From an uncultured Acidobacteriota bacterium (lineage in GTDB: Bacteria; Acidobacteriota; Thermoanaerobaculia; UBA5066; Gp7-AA6): DNA of 64,000 nt. The translations under genes were made by a program, and so were the position numbers. The DNA lies in NCBI GenBank assembly GCA_963823185.1, contig CAWGKP010000016.1, positions 25,070-89,069 of the forward strand, given 5' to 3'. The notes under the pieces were generated by a model. The model worked only from the letters and a program-made list of their open reading frames with translations. It was not told the DNA's origin and ran no database searches. Below are positions 1 through 9,465 of the stretch, one piece after another (the first letter of the stretch is position 1; each line of letters begins with the position of its first letter).

Positions 1-16
1 CGAAGGATCTCTTGAA

Positions 17-502
17 ATGAAGATCGCCGTCGGCTGCGACCACGCGGGGTTCACGCTCAAGCAGGACGTCCTCCAGATGCTCGAGGCCATGGGCCACACG
101 GCCGACGACTACGGCGCCCACGCGACGACGCCGTCCGACTACCCCGATTACGCGAGGAAGGTCGCCGAAGCGGTGCTCACGGGCGCGTGCGACCGCGGCG
201 TCGTCGTGTGCGGGAGCGGCGTCGGAGCATCGGTCGCGGCGAACAAGGTGCCGGGCATCCGCGCCGCGCTGTGCCACGACACGTTCTCGGCGCGGCAGGG
301 CGTCGAAGACGACGACATGAACGTCGTGTGCCTCGGCGCGCGCGTCATCGGCCCGGCGCTCGCCGGGGAGGTGCTTCACGCCTTCCTCGGCGCGAAGTTC
401 TCCGGCCTCGAGCGCCACGTCCGCCGGCTCGGCAAGATCCGCAAGATCGAGGAAGACGCCCGGGCGGGCGCCTTCGATTCCTACCAAAGGAGAGACCCAT
501 GA
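17..502 (+). CDS. rpiB: Ribose-5-phosphate isomerase B
   Basis: ORF translation MKIAVGCDHAGF...VVCGSGVGASVAANKVPGIRAAL is a typical RpiB/LacAB fold; it overlaps the tal start by 4 nt. Confidence 0.8.
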   Translation: MKIAVGCDHAGFTLKQDVLQMLEAMGHTADDYGAHATTPSDYPDYARKVAEAVLTGACDRGVVVCGSGVGASVAANKVPGIRAALCHDTFSARQGVEDDDMNVVCLGARVIGPALAGEVLHAFLGAKFSGLERHVRRLGKIRKIEEDARAGAFDSYQRRDP

Positions 503-1632
503 GCGACAACCCCCTGAAGCGGCTCGCGGCGCTCGGCCAGAGCGTCTGGTACGACTTCATCCGCCGCGACCTCTACCGAAGCGGCCGGCTCGAAAAGATG
601 ATCCGCGAGGACGGCCTCGCGGGAATGACCTCGAACCCCACGATCTTCCAGAAGGCGATCGCCGACTCCGACCTCTACGACGAAGACATCCGCGAGATCG
701 GGGCCGGGGGAAAGGACGCCGGGCAGATCTTCGAGGGGCTCGCCGTGCGCGACGTCCAGGGTGCGGCGGACGTGTTCCGTCCGGTGTTCGACCGGACGGG
801 CGGCAACGACGGCTTCGTGTCGATCGAGGTGCAGCCGGGCCTCGCGCGCGACACCGCCGGCTCGATCGCCGAGGCGAAACGGCTCTGGACTTCCTGCAAC
901 CGCCCGAATGTCATGGTGAAAATCCCCGGAACGGCGGAGGGCCTCGAGGCGATCCGGGCGAGCCTGGCCACCGGGATCAACATCAACATCACGCTGCTCT
1001 TCTCGGTCGAGCGCTACGTTCAGGTCGCCGAGGCGCATCTCGCGGCGATGGAGGAGCGGGTCTCGAAGGGTCTCCCGGTGGACAAGATCCGTTCCGTCGC
1101 GAGCTTCTTCGTCAGCCGCGTGGACACCAATGCCGACAAGAAGCTCGACGCCGTCGCGAAGTCGGGCGACGCGGCGAAAGCGGCGGGCGCAAGGGCTCTG
1201 CGGGGAGGTCTCGGCATCGCGAACGCGCGTCTCGCCTACGAGGCCTTCGAGCGCATCGTGGCCTCGCCGCGCTTCCAGGCTCTGAAAGGCAAGGGCGTCG
1301 CCGTGCAGCGGCCGCTGTGGGCGTCCACCTCGACCAAGGATCCGGCGCTTCCGGATCTCTACTACGTCGAGGCGCTCATCGCTCCCGACAGCGTGGACAC
1401 GATGCCGCCGGAGACCGTCGATGCGTATCGCGATCACGGCAACCCGCAGGTGCGCATCCGCGAGGACCTTCCGGGCGCCCGCGCGGTCTTCCGCCGGCTC
1501 TCGGAGCTCGGCATCGACACGGCGGCGATCTTCCGGGAGCTCGAGGACGAAGGAATCAAGAAGTTCGCCGACTCGTTCGACGCGCTCCTGAAGGCCGTCT
1601 CCGAGAAGGAGAAGGCGGTGAGGGTCGCGTGA
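499..1632 (+). CDS. tal: Transaldolase
   Basis: The protein starts MSDNPLKRLAALGQSVWYDFIRRDL...SNPTIFQKAI. The ATG at 499 follows GGAGAG. The listed ORF 187..1632 has an R-rich artefactual N-terminal extension. Confidence 0.85.
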   Translation: MSDNPLKRLAALGQSVWYDFIRRDLYRSGRLEKMIREDGLAGMTSNPTIFQKAIADSDLYDEDIREIGAGGKDAGQIFEGLAVRDVQGAADVFRPVFDRTGGNDGFVSIEVQPGLARDTAGSIAEAKRLWTSCNRPNVMVKIPGTAEGLEAIRASLATGININITLLFSVERYVQVAEAHLAAMEERVSKGLPVDKIRSVASFFVSRVDTNADKKLDAVAKSGDAAKAAGARALRGGLGIANARLAYEAFERIVASPRFQALKGKGVAVQRPLWASTSTKDPALPDLYYVEALIAPDSVDTMPPETVDAYRDHGNPQVRIREDLPGARAVFRRLSELGIDTAAIFRELEDEGIKKFADSFDALLKAVSEKEKAVRVA

Positions 1633-1666
1633 GACGCCGTCCGCCGCGGGAGCGCTCGCTCGCGCG

Positions 1667-3214
1667 ATGAGCCCGGCGGACTCGGCGGCGCTTCTCGACG
1701 CGGAGCCGCGCGCGCACACGCCGGCGGAGGCCGAGGACGCCTTGCGGCCGCCGTGCACGCTCGTCATCTTCGGCGCGTCGGGGGACCTCACGCGGCGGCT
1801 GCTCGCTCCCGCGATCGCGCACCTTTCCCGCGACGGCGCCATCTCTTCGGATTTCGCGATCATCGGGATCGCGCGCTCGCCCTACACGGACCAGGAATTC
1901 CGGTCCTATCTCGCGGGCGGCGCGAAAGAGCACACCCCGGCGATCCAGGGGAGGCCAGGGGATCTGCCGTCGGTCGTGCGCTATCTGCCGGGCGACTTCA
2001 CCGACCCGGAGCTCTACGTCCGCCTCGAGACCGCGCTCGCGCAGATCGAGGGCCGGCCGGGGCGCCCGAAGAACCGCATCTTCTATCTGGCGACGCCGCC
2101 GGAGACCGATCCCGTCATCGTCGCTCACCTCGGCGAGCGGGGGCTGGCGCGGCCGGCTGGAGGCTGGTCGCGCGTCGTGGTCGAGAAGCCGTTCGGCCGC
2201 GACCTGGCGTCGGGGGCGAAGCTGAACGCCGACCTGCGCGCGGTGTTCGAGGAGCGGCAGATCTACCGGATCGATCACTACCTGGGCAAGGAGACGGTCC
2301 AGAACATCTTCGTCCTGCGTTTCGCCAACGGCATCTTCGAGCCCCTCTGGAACCGCCGCTACATCGACAACGTCCAGATCACCGTGGCGGAGTCGCTCGG
2401 CGTCGAGCACCGCGCCGGCTACTACGAGCACGCCGGCGTGATCCGCGACATGTTCCAGAACCACCTCCTGCAGCTCCTCTGCCTGATGGCGATGGAGCCG
2501 CCGGCGGCGTTCGAGGCCGACGCGGTGCGCGCCGAGAAGGTGAAGGTGCTCCAGTCGATCCGGCCCCTCCCGCCCGAGGCGATCGACGCGTGGGCCGTGC
2601 GGGGGCAGTACGGGCCCGGGGTCGTGGGCGGAAAGGCCGTCCCGGGCTATCGCCAAGAACCGCACGTCGCGCCCGATTCGCCGACCGCGACCTGGGCCGC
2701 GGTGAAGTTCGCCATCGACAACTGGCGCTGGGCGGGCGTGCCCTTCTACGTCCGGTCCGGCAAGCGCATGGAGCACCGCGTCTCGGAGATCGACATCGAG
2801 TTCAAACGGGTGCCGCACGCGCTCTTCGGCACGGACGCCGGGGCGCTCGCGCCGAACGTCCTTCGCATGCGGATTCAGCCGGACGAAGGGATCTCGCTGA
2901 AGTTCGAGGCGAAGATCCCCGGCACGCGGCTGCAGGTCGAGTCGGTCACCATGGATTTCTCCTACTCGCAGCTCGGCGCCCCGATCCAGGGCGGCTACGA
3001 GCGGCTGCTCCTCGACGTGACCCACGGCGACCAGACGCTCTTCACGCGCGGCGACGAGGTCGAGCACGCCTGGCGCGTCATCACGCCCCTGCTCGACGCA
3101 TGGGAGACGAAGGCGCCGGCGGACTTTCCGAACTACGCGGCGGGCACTCTCGGGCCCGATGCGGCCGACCGGTTCCTGGAGCGGGAGGGCCGGCGGTGGA
3201 GGACCCTGCGGTAA
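1667..3214 (+). CDS. zwf: Glucose-6-phosphate 1-dehydrogenase
   Basis: G6PD motifs are present: RIDHYLGKE and NHLLQLLCLMAMEPP. Forms a pentose-phosphate operon with rpiB-tal. Confidence 0.9.
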   Translation: MSPADSAALLDAEPRAHTPAEAEDALRPPCTLVIFGASGDLTRRLLAPAIAHLSRDGAISSDFAIIGIARSPYTDQEFRSYLAGGAKEHTPAIQGRPGDLPSVVRYLPGDFTDPELYVRLETALAQIEGRPGRPKNRIFYLATPPETDPVIVAHLGERGLARPAGGWSRVVVEKPFGRDLASGAKLNADLRAVFEERQIYRIDHYLGKETVQNIFVLRFANGIFEPLWNRRYIDNVQITVAESLGVEHRAGYYEHAGVIRDMFQNHLLQLLCLMAMEPPAAFEADAVRAEKVKVLQSIRPLPPEAIDAWAVRGQYGPGVVGGKAVPGYRQEPHVAPDSPTATWAAVKFAIDNWRWAGVPFYVRSGKRMEHRVSEIDIEFKRVPHALFGTDAGALAPNVLRMRIQPDEGISLKFEAKIPGTRLQVESVTMDFSYSQLGAPIQGGYERLLLDVTHGDQTLFTRGDEVEHAWRVITPLLDAWETKAPADFPNYAAGTLGPDAADRFLEREGRRWRTLR

Positions 3215-3215
3215 C

Positions 3216-3302
3216 GACAGACTAAGGACCAAGGACCAGGGACTGATTTCGCTACAAGTCTCAAGAATCGGTCCTTAGTCCTTAGTCCCTGGTCCTTGCG
3301 GC
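3216..3302. repeat. Long imperfect palindrome built from AGGAC(T/C)AAGG units between convergent genes; likely bidirectional terminator or REP-like element
   Basis: Left arm gactaaggaccaaggaccagggact and right arm agtccttagtccttagtccctggtcc flank a ~25-nt loop. The same unit recurs at 51115-51190. Confidence 0.5.
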
Positions 3303-5390
3303 TCAGTGGCTCGCGCTCTCCGTCGTCGCGTGCTGCGCCTTCGACTGCGCGATCACCTTCTCCTGGCTCGCGTGCGGGACCTCGGCGTAGTGCGAGAACT
3401 CGAGGTGGAATGACCCGCGGCCCTGGGTGATCGAGCGCAGCTGCGCGCCGTAGGTCAGCATCTCGGCCATGGGCACCTGCGCGCGGATGATCGTGTCCTC
3501 GGAGGCGGTGTCCATGCCCTGGACCTGCCCGCGCCGCGAGGAGAGGTCGCCCATGAGGTCGCCGACGTATTCGTTCGGCGCCGAGACTTCGACGTCCATG
3601 ATCGGCTCGAGGAGCGTGGGCCGCGCCTTCTCCATCGCCTCCTTGTAGGCGAGCGCGCCCGCGATCTTGAACGCGAGCTCCGACGAGTCCACGTCGTGGT
3701 ACTGGCCGTCGTAGAGGGTGACGCGGAAGTCCACCATGGGATAGCCGGCCAGGAAGCCCTTGCGGCGCGCCTCCTGGATGCCCTTCTCGACGGCCGGGAT
3801 GAAGTTTCGCGGGATCGAGCCGCCGTAGATGTCGTCTACGAACTCGAAGTCCGATCCGCGAGGCAGCGGCTCGACGCGGATCCGGCAGTCGGCGAACTGT
3901 CCATGGCCGCCGGTCTGCTTCTTGTGCCGGCCGTGCGCCTCCGCCTTGCCCTTGATCGTTTCGCGGTAGGGGACTTTGGGCGGGTGGAGGATGACCTCGA
4001 CGCCGTAGCGCTTCTTGAGGCGCGCCACGGCGATTTCGACGTGGAGCTGCGAGGCGCCGGCGAGGTGGAACTCTTTCGTCTCCTCCTCGCGTTGGAAGTG
4101 GAGGGAGGGATCCTCGTCGATCAGCTTGTGGAGCGCGACGGAGATCTTGTCCTCGTCGCCCTTCGCCTTGGGCTCGATGGCGTATGCGATCGAAGCCTCG
4201 GGCACGACGAGCTTCGGCAGTACGACCGGATGGTCCTTCGTCGTCAGCGAGTCGCCCGTCGTCGTCTCCTTCAGCTTCGCGACCGCCACGATGTCGCCCG
4301 CGCGCGCCTCGGAGACGTTCACGTGCTCCTTGCCCTGCGGCAGGAACAATCCCGAGAACCGCTCCGCCGTGCCGCGCGAGGCGTTCCAATAGCTGCCGTC
4401 GGACTGGAAGTGGCCCGAGTAAACGCGCAGGTAGGAGATGCGGCCGGCGAAGGGGTCCGAGACCGTCTTGAAGACCTGCGCCACGGCCGGGTCCTTCTCG
4501 TTGCAGAAGACGCGCACCGGCTTGCCGTCCTTGCCGGTGCCCTCCACGATGCGGCCTTCGGGGCTCGGGAGCAGCGCGACGCAGGCATCCATGATGCGGA
4601 CCACGCCGATGCCGAGCGCCGAGGAGGCGCAGAGCACCGGGAAGATCTTGCGTGCCGCGATCTCTTCCTTCAGGCCCGGCACCAGGTCGCCGGGCTCGAG
4701 CGTGCCCTGCGCGAAGAACTTCTCCATCAGGGCGTCCTCGCCCTCGGCGACCATCTCGACGAGGCTCTCGTGCTCTTCCTTGGCACGCGCCGCGAGGGCG
4801 TCGGGGATCGGTCCGTCGACGCGCTTTCCGTTCTCGTGCAGGTGGGCCTCCATGCGCACGAGATCGACGGTGCCTTGGAAGCCGCGCTCCTCGCCGATCG
4901 GGATCTGGAGCGAGACGACGCCGCGGCCGAACTTCTTGTGGAGCGACTCCATCGCGCGCTCGAACGACGCCCGCTCCCGGTCCATCCGGTTGATGACGAA
5001 GAGCACCGGCCGCCCGAACTCCTCGGAAAACTTCCAGGCCTTCTCGGTCTGCACCTCGACGCCCGAGACGGCGTCCAGAACGATCAGAACCGCATCCGCG
5101 GCGGCCACGGCGGCCCGCGCCTCAGGAGCGAAGATCCCGTAGCCCGGCGCGTCCAGCAGGTTGACGCGGACGTCGCGGTGGACGACGTGGGCGCAGGCCA
5201 GGTTGATCGAGATCTTCCGCTCGATCTCCTCGCCGTCGAAATCCGTCGGGCAGGTGCCCTCTTCGATCCGGCCGGGACGCGTCGTGGCGCCCGAGGCGAA
5301 GAGGAGTGAGGCGACGAGGGTGGTCTTTCCGACCGTGTTGTGGCCCACCACGGCCACGTTGCGGAGCTCCGGAGCCGAGAGGATTTTCAT
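3303..5390 (-). CDS. Elongation factor G family translational GTPase (EF-G paralog)
   Basis: Has the G1 motif AVVGHNTVGKTTL, and the EF-G domain II-V signatures through to C-terminal GQVQGMD. Confidence 0.85.
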   Translation of the reverse strand: MKILSAPELRNVAVVGHNTVGKTTLVASLLFASGATTRPGRIEEGTCPTDFDGEEIERKISINLACAHVVHRDVRVNLLDAPGYGIFAPEARAAVAAADAVLIVLDAVSGVEVQTEKAWKFSEEFGRPVLFVINRMDRERASFERAMESLHKKFGRGVVSLQIPIGEERGFQGTVDLVRMEAHLHENGKRVDGPIPDALAARAKEEHESLVEMVAEGEDALMEKFFAQGTLEPGDLVPGLKEEIAARKIFPVLCASSALGIGVVRIMDACVALLPSPEGRIVEGTGKDGKPVRVFCNEKDPAVAQVFKTVSDPFAGRISYLRVYSGHFQSDGSYWNASRGTAERFSGLFLPQGKEHVNVSEARAGDIVAVAKLKETTTGDSLTTKDHPVVLPKLVVPEASIAYAIEPKAKGDEDKISVALHKLIDEDPSLHFQREEETKEFHLAGASQLHVEIAVARLKKRYGVEVILHPPKVPYRETIKGKAEAHGRHKKQTGGHGQFADCRIRVEPLPRGSDFEFVDDIYGGSIPRNFIPAVEKGIQEARRKGFLAGYPMVDFRVTLYDGQYHDVDSSELAFKIAGALAYKEAMEKARPTLLEPIMDVEVSAPNEYVGDLMGDLSSRRGQVQGMDTASEDTIIRAQVPMAEMLTYGAQLRSITQGRGSFHLEFSHYAEVPHASQEKVIAQSKAQHATTESASH

Positions 5391-5391
5391 G

Positions 5392-5592
5392 GAGCCGGAT
5401 TATATTCACCGGGAGCGATTCGACCCGGCCATGACTGTCCTCTCCTGTCTCGCGATCGGCCTCGCCTTCGGGCTCGCCGTCATCCTGCTCACGTTTGCGG
5501 GAGCGCTGCTCGGCTGGGTCGCGCCGCGGTGGATCGACCGGATCCGGGGCCGCGCCTCGAGCGCCCCGGGCCGGCGGCCCCCTTTCGATTGA
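5392..5592 (+). CDS. Small hypothetical membrane protein (one TM helix)
   Basis: Translation MEPDY...MTVLSCLAIGLAFGLAVILLTFAGALLGW contains one hydrophobic helix. The start is uncertain, and it sits back-to-back with the EF-G start. Confidence 0.3.
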   Translation, partial: EPDYIHRERFDPAMTVLSCLAIGLAFGLAVILLTFAGALLGWVAPRWIDRIRGRASSAPGRRPPFD

Positions 5593-5620
5593 CCCCCCGG
5601 CGAGGGGGGGCTAAAATTTG
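5592..5620 (+). terminator. GC hairpin (CCCCCCGG..loop..GGGGGGG) followed by an A/T-rich stretch; candidate intrinsic terminator
   Basis: Sequence gaccccccggcgaggggggggctaaaatttg sits directly after the small ORF stop. Confidence 0.35.
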
Positions 5621-5694
5621 GCGCCGTCCCTTCCCAGCCACTCGGGTTCGGGAGGGGGATTTCCGTCTCGAGAGAAAGGGCGCACCTACCGTCG

Positions 5695-6790
5695 ATGCCG
5701 GATAAAGGAGTCGCCGGTCCCCGGCTGAGCAAGCTCGGCCGCTACGAGGTCCTGAACGAGCTCGGCAAGGGGGCGATGGGCATCGTCTATCTCGCCAAGG
5801 ACCCGGTCATCGGCCGGATGGTGGCGATCAAGACGATCCGGACGTCGAGCTTCGGCGAGGACGATTCCGAGTCGCGGGAGTTCCGGGAACGCTTCATCCG
5901 CGAGGCGCAGACCGCCGGGATCCTCTCTCATCCGAACATCGTCACGATCCACGACATCGGCGAGGACCCCGAGACGCAGACCTCCTTCATCGCGATGGAG
6001 TACATCGAGGGGAGGAACCTGAAGTCGCTGCTCGCCGAGAAGACGAAGTTCGGTTACGAGCAGATCGCCGACATCATCGCGCAGGTCGCGGAGGCGATCG
6101 ACTACGCCCACCGCAAGGGAATCATCCACCGCGACATCAAGCCCGCGAACATCATCATCACGCTCGACAACAAGGTCAAGATCATGGACTTCGGGATCGC
6201 GAAGATCGCGTCCTCGAACCTGACGACGACCGGACAGTTCCTCGGCACACCGAATTACATGTCGCCCGAGCAGGTCTCGGGCGCCGCGGTTGACGGGCGG
6301 AGCGACATCTTCTCGCTCGGCGTCGTGCTCTACGAGCTCCTGACGAACCGCAAGCCGTTTCAGGGCGAGAACCTCACGGCGATCTCCTACAAGATCGTGC
6401 ACGAGGAGTTCACACCGCCGGCCGACCTCTCGCCCGAAGTGCCGCCCGACTTCAACGCGATCGTGGCGCGCGCGATGGCGAAGGATCCCTGGAACCGCTA
6501 CCAGCGCGGGAAGGACCTGGCGCTCGCGCTTCATCAGCTGAAGGCGCGCCTCGAGGAGCAGCGGGCGCTTCGGGATCTCGGGTCGATGGTGTCCGCCGCC
6601 GAGAACATGCCGACGCTGCGCCTCGAGAACCTCGGCAAGGCCGCCGCCGACGCGGAGCGGGCCGCGGTGGCCGCTCCCGGCACCGACAGCGATCACGGAG
6701 ACTGGACCGAGGACAGCGGCGCGGGCTCGGGCCCGCGCTTCGCGGGATCGCCTCGCCGGACGCGCCACGCCGCCGGCCGACGCCTCGCCG
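5695..6790 (+). CDS. Serine/threonine protein kinase, catalytic domain. The frame then degenerates into R/G-rich nonsense, so it probably continues into the 6794..8023 frame through a frameshift.
   Basis: Kinase signatures are present: LGKGAMGIVYLAKD, AIK, HRDIKPANII, DFGIA, TPNYMSPEQ. After about 6700 the frame encodes only Arg/Gly-rich junk, while the adjacent frame encodes a plausible TM and coiled-coil protein. Confidence 0.8.
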
Positions 6791-6793
6791 CGG

Positions 6794-8023
6794 ATGCGGG
6801 CCGCGGAATCTCTCGAGCGGCCCTCCGACGCGCAGACGCGCGCGATTCCGGTCGTCACGAATCTTCCGCCGCCGGCCGAGGGCGCGCCGCCGGCTGGCCC
6901 GCCGCCCGTCGCGGGAGTCGCTGCCGCCGCGAGCGACGCCGTCCCGCCTCCGGAGGCGGCGCCTGCGGCCGGGACCCTGCCGCCGACCCAGCCGCTTCCG
7001 ACGGCGCCTCCCAAAATCGTCGCGAGCCTGCTGCGGATCGTGCCGGCGTCCTGGAAGCCGCTCCTCGAAGCCGAGGTCAACAAGCCGTATTTCTGGGGCC
7101 TCGCGATCGCCGCGGCGTTCTTCGTGATCGTCGTGGCCGGCGCGATCGTGGCGCGGGCGGCGATCGTCTCGCGGCCCACGGCGCCGATGGACCCGGCCGT
7201 CGAGAAGGAGGCGCTCGACCGCAAGCACGCGCTCGAGGAGGGCAAGAAGCTCTTCTCGGCCGGCAAGTACGAGCAGAGCCTGGCGCTGCTGCGTCAGGTG
7301 CTCGCGCGCAGCCCCGGCAACCAGCAGGCGCGCCAGTACGCGCAGATGGCCGAGAACGCGCTCGCCGGACGCGCGGAGGAGGCCCGCAAGAGCGAGGAGG
7401 CGGAGAAGAGCCTCGAGGCCGCGCGCGCCGCGATGACGGCGGGCAATTACGAGGAGGTCGTCCAGCGCGCCGACGAGACGCTCGCGCTCGACGGAGGAAA
7501 GGTCGAAGCGCAGCAGCTGAAGGACCAGGCATCCGAGAAGATCGCGCAGACGAAGGCGACGGAGGCCGAGGCGGCGCGCAAGAAGAAGGAAGAGAAGAAG
7601 CTCGCGAGCGCGCGCAAGCCGCCGCCCGCCGCCGCGGCGCCGGCGTCGAAGGCGGCGGAGAAGGTCGTCCCGACGCCGGCCGTCCAGGGCCCCGTGGCGA
7701 CCGGTCCGGCGACCCTGACCCTCCACTTCGAGTCGCCCATCAACGACGGCAATTTGATCGTCTACGTCAACGGCGAGCGCGCCATCCAGAAGTCGTTCGA
7801 CTTCTCGAAGAAGGCCGGGTTCTTCAAGCGCGTCGACGGAACCGGAACCGTCGAGGAGAAGATCACCGTGAAGCCCGGGCCGGCCGAGGTCAAGATCTGG
7901 CTCTCGGGCAAGGGCCTGAACGCCGCGGTCTTCACGTCGACGACGGCGCAGCTGAGCGCGGGGGAGACCCGGATCCTGCGGCTCGATTACTCCGGAGGGC
8001 AGCTCGCCGCGAAGATCCAGTGA
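6794..8023 (+). CDS. Probable C-terminal portion of the kinase: Pro/Ala-rich linker, TM helix, TPR-like/coiled-coil segment and a C-terminal beta-rich domain
   Basis: Contains a TM segment [26 protein letters not shown], then [36 protein letters not shown] (TPR-like), then a Lys/Glu-rich coiled coil. The frame stays open upstream back into the kinase linker. Confidence 0.55.
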   Translation: MRAAESLERPSDAQTRAIPVVTNLPPPAEGAPPAGPPPVAGVAAAASDAVPPPEAAPAAGTLPPTQPLPTAPPKIVASLLRIVPASWKPLLEAEVNKPYFWGLAIAAAFFVIVVAGAIVARAAIVSRPTAPMDPAVEKEALDRKHALEEGKKLFSAGKYEQSLALLRQVLARSPGNQQARQYAQMAENALAGRAEEARKSEEAEKSLEAARAAMTAGNYEEVVQRADETLALDGGKVEAQQLKDQASEKIAQTKATEAEAARKKKEEKKLASARKPPPAAAAPASKAAEKVVPTPAVQGPVATGPATLTLHFESPINDGNLIVYVNGERAIQKSFDFSKKAGFFKRVDGTGTVEEKITVKPGPAEVKIWLSGKGLNAAVFTSTTAQLSAGETRILRLDYSGGQLAAKIQ

Positions 8024-8083
8024 GCGCGGGTTCCCCGCGCTCCTTTGCACTCCGGACGTAAATCGCGTATAACCCACAACCCC

Positions 8084-8161
<78 letters not shown>

Positions 8162-8215
8162 TCCTCATCAACGAGTCACGTTGCTACGCTCCGCTCATTC
8201 CTGCGTCTACCTCAC

Positions 8216-9109
8216 TCAGACCGTAGCTGTTCCGTAGCTGTTCTCGCCGCCAAAGCACTTCCGCAGCGCCTCGCGGGCGTCGTCGGTGGTCGGGATGCCG
8301 TAGCGATCGAAGACTCTGCGAGTCCGGTGGCCTGTGATCTCCATCGCGACGACCGCAGGGACCCCTCGCCGGGTGAGATTCCGCACCGCTGAGCGGCGCA
8401 GATCGTGAAAGGGCAGTCCGGGGACTTCGGCGGCCTCGCAGGCGCTCCGCCACGACTTCCGCCAATCTGCCAGCGGCTCGCCGGCGCGATGGAACACCAG
8501 GGGAACCTGAAGGGTACGAGCCGCCTTCCGGCGTCGAATCGCGTCCCACAGCTCACCCTCGAGCGGAAGCACGCGCCCTCGGCCGTTCTTCGAGTCCTGA
8601 AGGCGCGCCTCCCGGGCTTTCTCATCAACGTTCTCCCAGGTCAGACCTTCGACCTCGGAGCGCTAGTCGACCGGTACGCGAACAGGGCAGCATCACCCCT
8701 CGGCTGCCGGGAGGCTTCCGTAGATCTTCGAGAACGTCTCGTCCTCCACAAAGCCCGTCCGCCGGTTGTTCGGCCGGATCAGCTCGATGTAGGGCACGCG
8801 ATCCGCCCCGATCCGCTTCTGCTTTACCGCGAGCTTGTAGGCCGCCCGCAGCACCTCGAGGTACCAGTCAGTCGTTGCCTCCGCCTTCGGTTCCTTAGCG
8901 TCAAGCCATGCGCGCCGAATCGAGTTCACCACGTCCGCCGTGAGTTCCACCGCACGCAGGTGCCCGATCGCCTCCCGCACCGCCTTCGCGTGCGCCTCGA
9001 AGGACGCCATCGACTTGGCGCCGCGCGTCTGCAGGTCGACCTTGTACGAATAGAGCAGCTCGCCCACGGTGACGCGCTCTGCGTCGGGGCCGCGATAGCT
9101 CCCCGCCAC
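8216..9109 (-). pseudogene. Tyrosine-type phage integrase, decayed. N-terminal SAM-like part (8693..9109) and catalytic C-terminal part (8216..8572) are in different frames, and the length is truncated.
   Basis: The C-terminal ORF has HxxR...Y catalytic residues (ITGHRTRRVFDRYGI). The N-terminal ORF carries an integrase core-binding-like segment. An 11-bp tandem duplication (ccgtagctgtt x2) sits at the 3' end. It lies immediately 3' of tRNA-Pro. Confidence 0.7.
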
Positions 9110-9465
9110 GATCTCCTTGCGCGAGCTCCTTTTCCCGGAGCGATTCCAGATCGTCGGGGACGAGCGAGACGCTCAATCGGCTGCTTCCGCCGTTCCGCAC
9201 GATTCCTGCGCGGGAGTGACAACGCCTCCGCGGAATGACGCGGGCTGCCTGTCCCGTCGTACAGGCTGAGATCACTGGTAGGCCTCGCCCGATTTTGGTC
9301 TCGTCGACCAGTAGTTTCCCTCCCCGGATAGCCCTATCTTGGGGGCTGTTTCGTTTCCCGATAGAACGAAAGAGGAGAGAGATGCCGTAGCGGGATAAGC
9401 GCGTCTGATCGCCGGATCGGGAAGTCCGTGCGCCGGATCCGTTCGGTTGGGCGCTCATCCTCATC

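Noticed and set aside
481-1863. 460-aa minus-strand ORF antisense to tal
   Set aside because: Arg/Ala/Gly-rich low-complexity translation typical of open antisense frames in high-GC DNA. The opposite strand encodes a well-conserved transaldolase.
1556-3232. 558-aa minus-strand ORF and the 1753..3225 plus-frame ORF overlapping zwf
   Set aside because: Both are R/G/P-rich with no motifs. zwf in the third frame is clearly the real gene.
8405-9238. 277-aa plus-strand ORF across the integrase locus
   Set aside because: It is antisense to the integrase fragments. It has no domain signal and Arg/Leu/Pro-rich composition.
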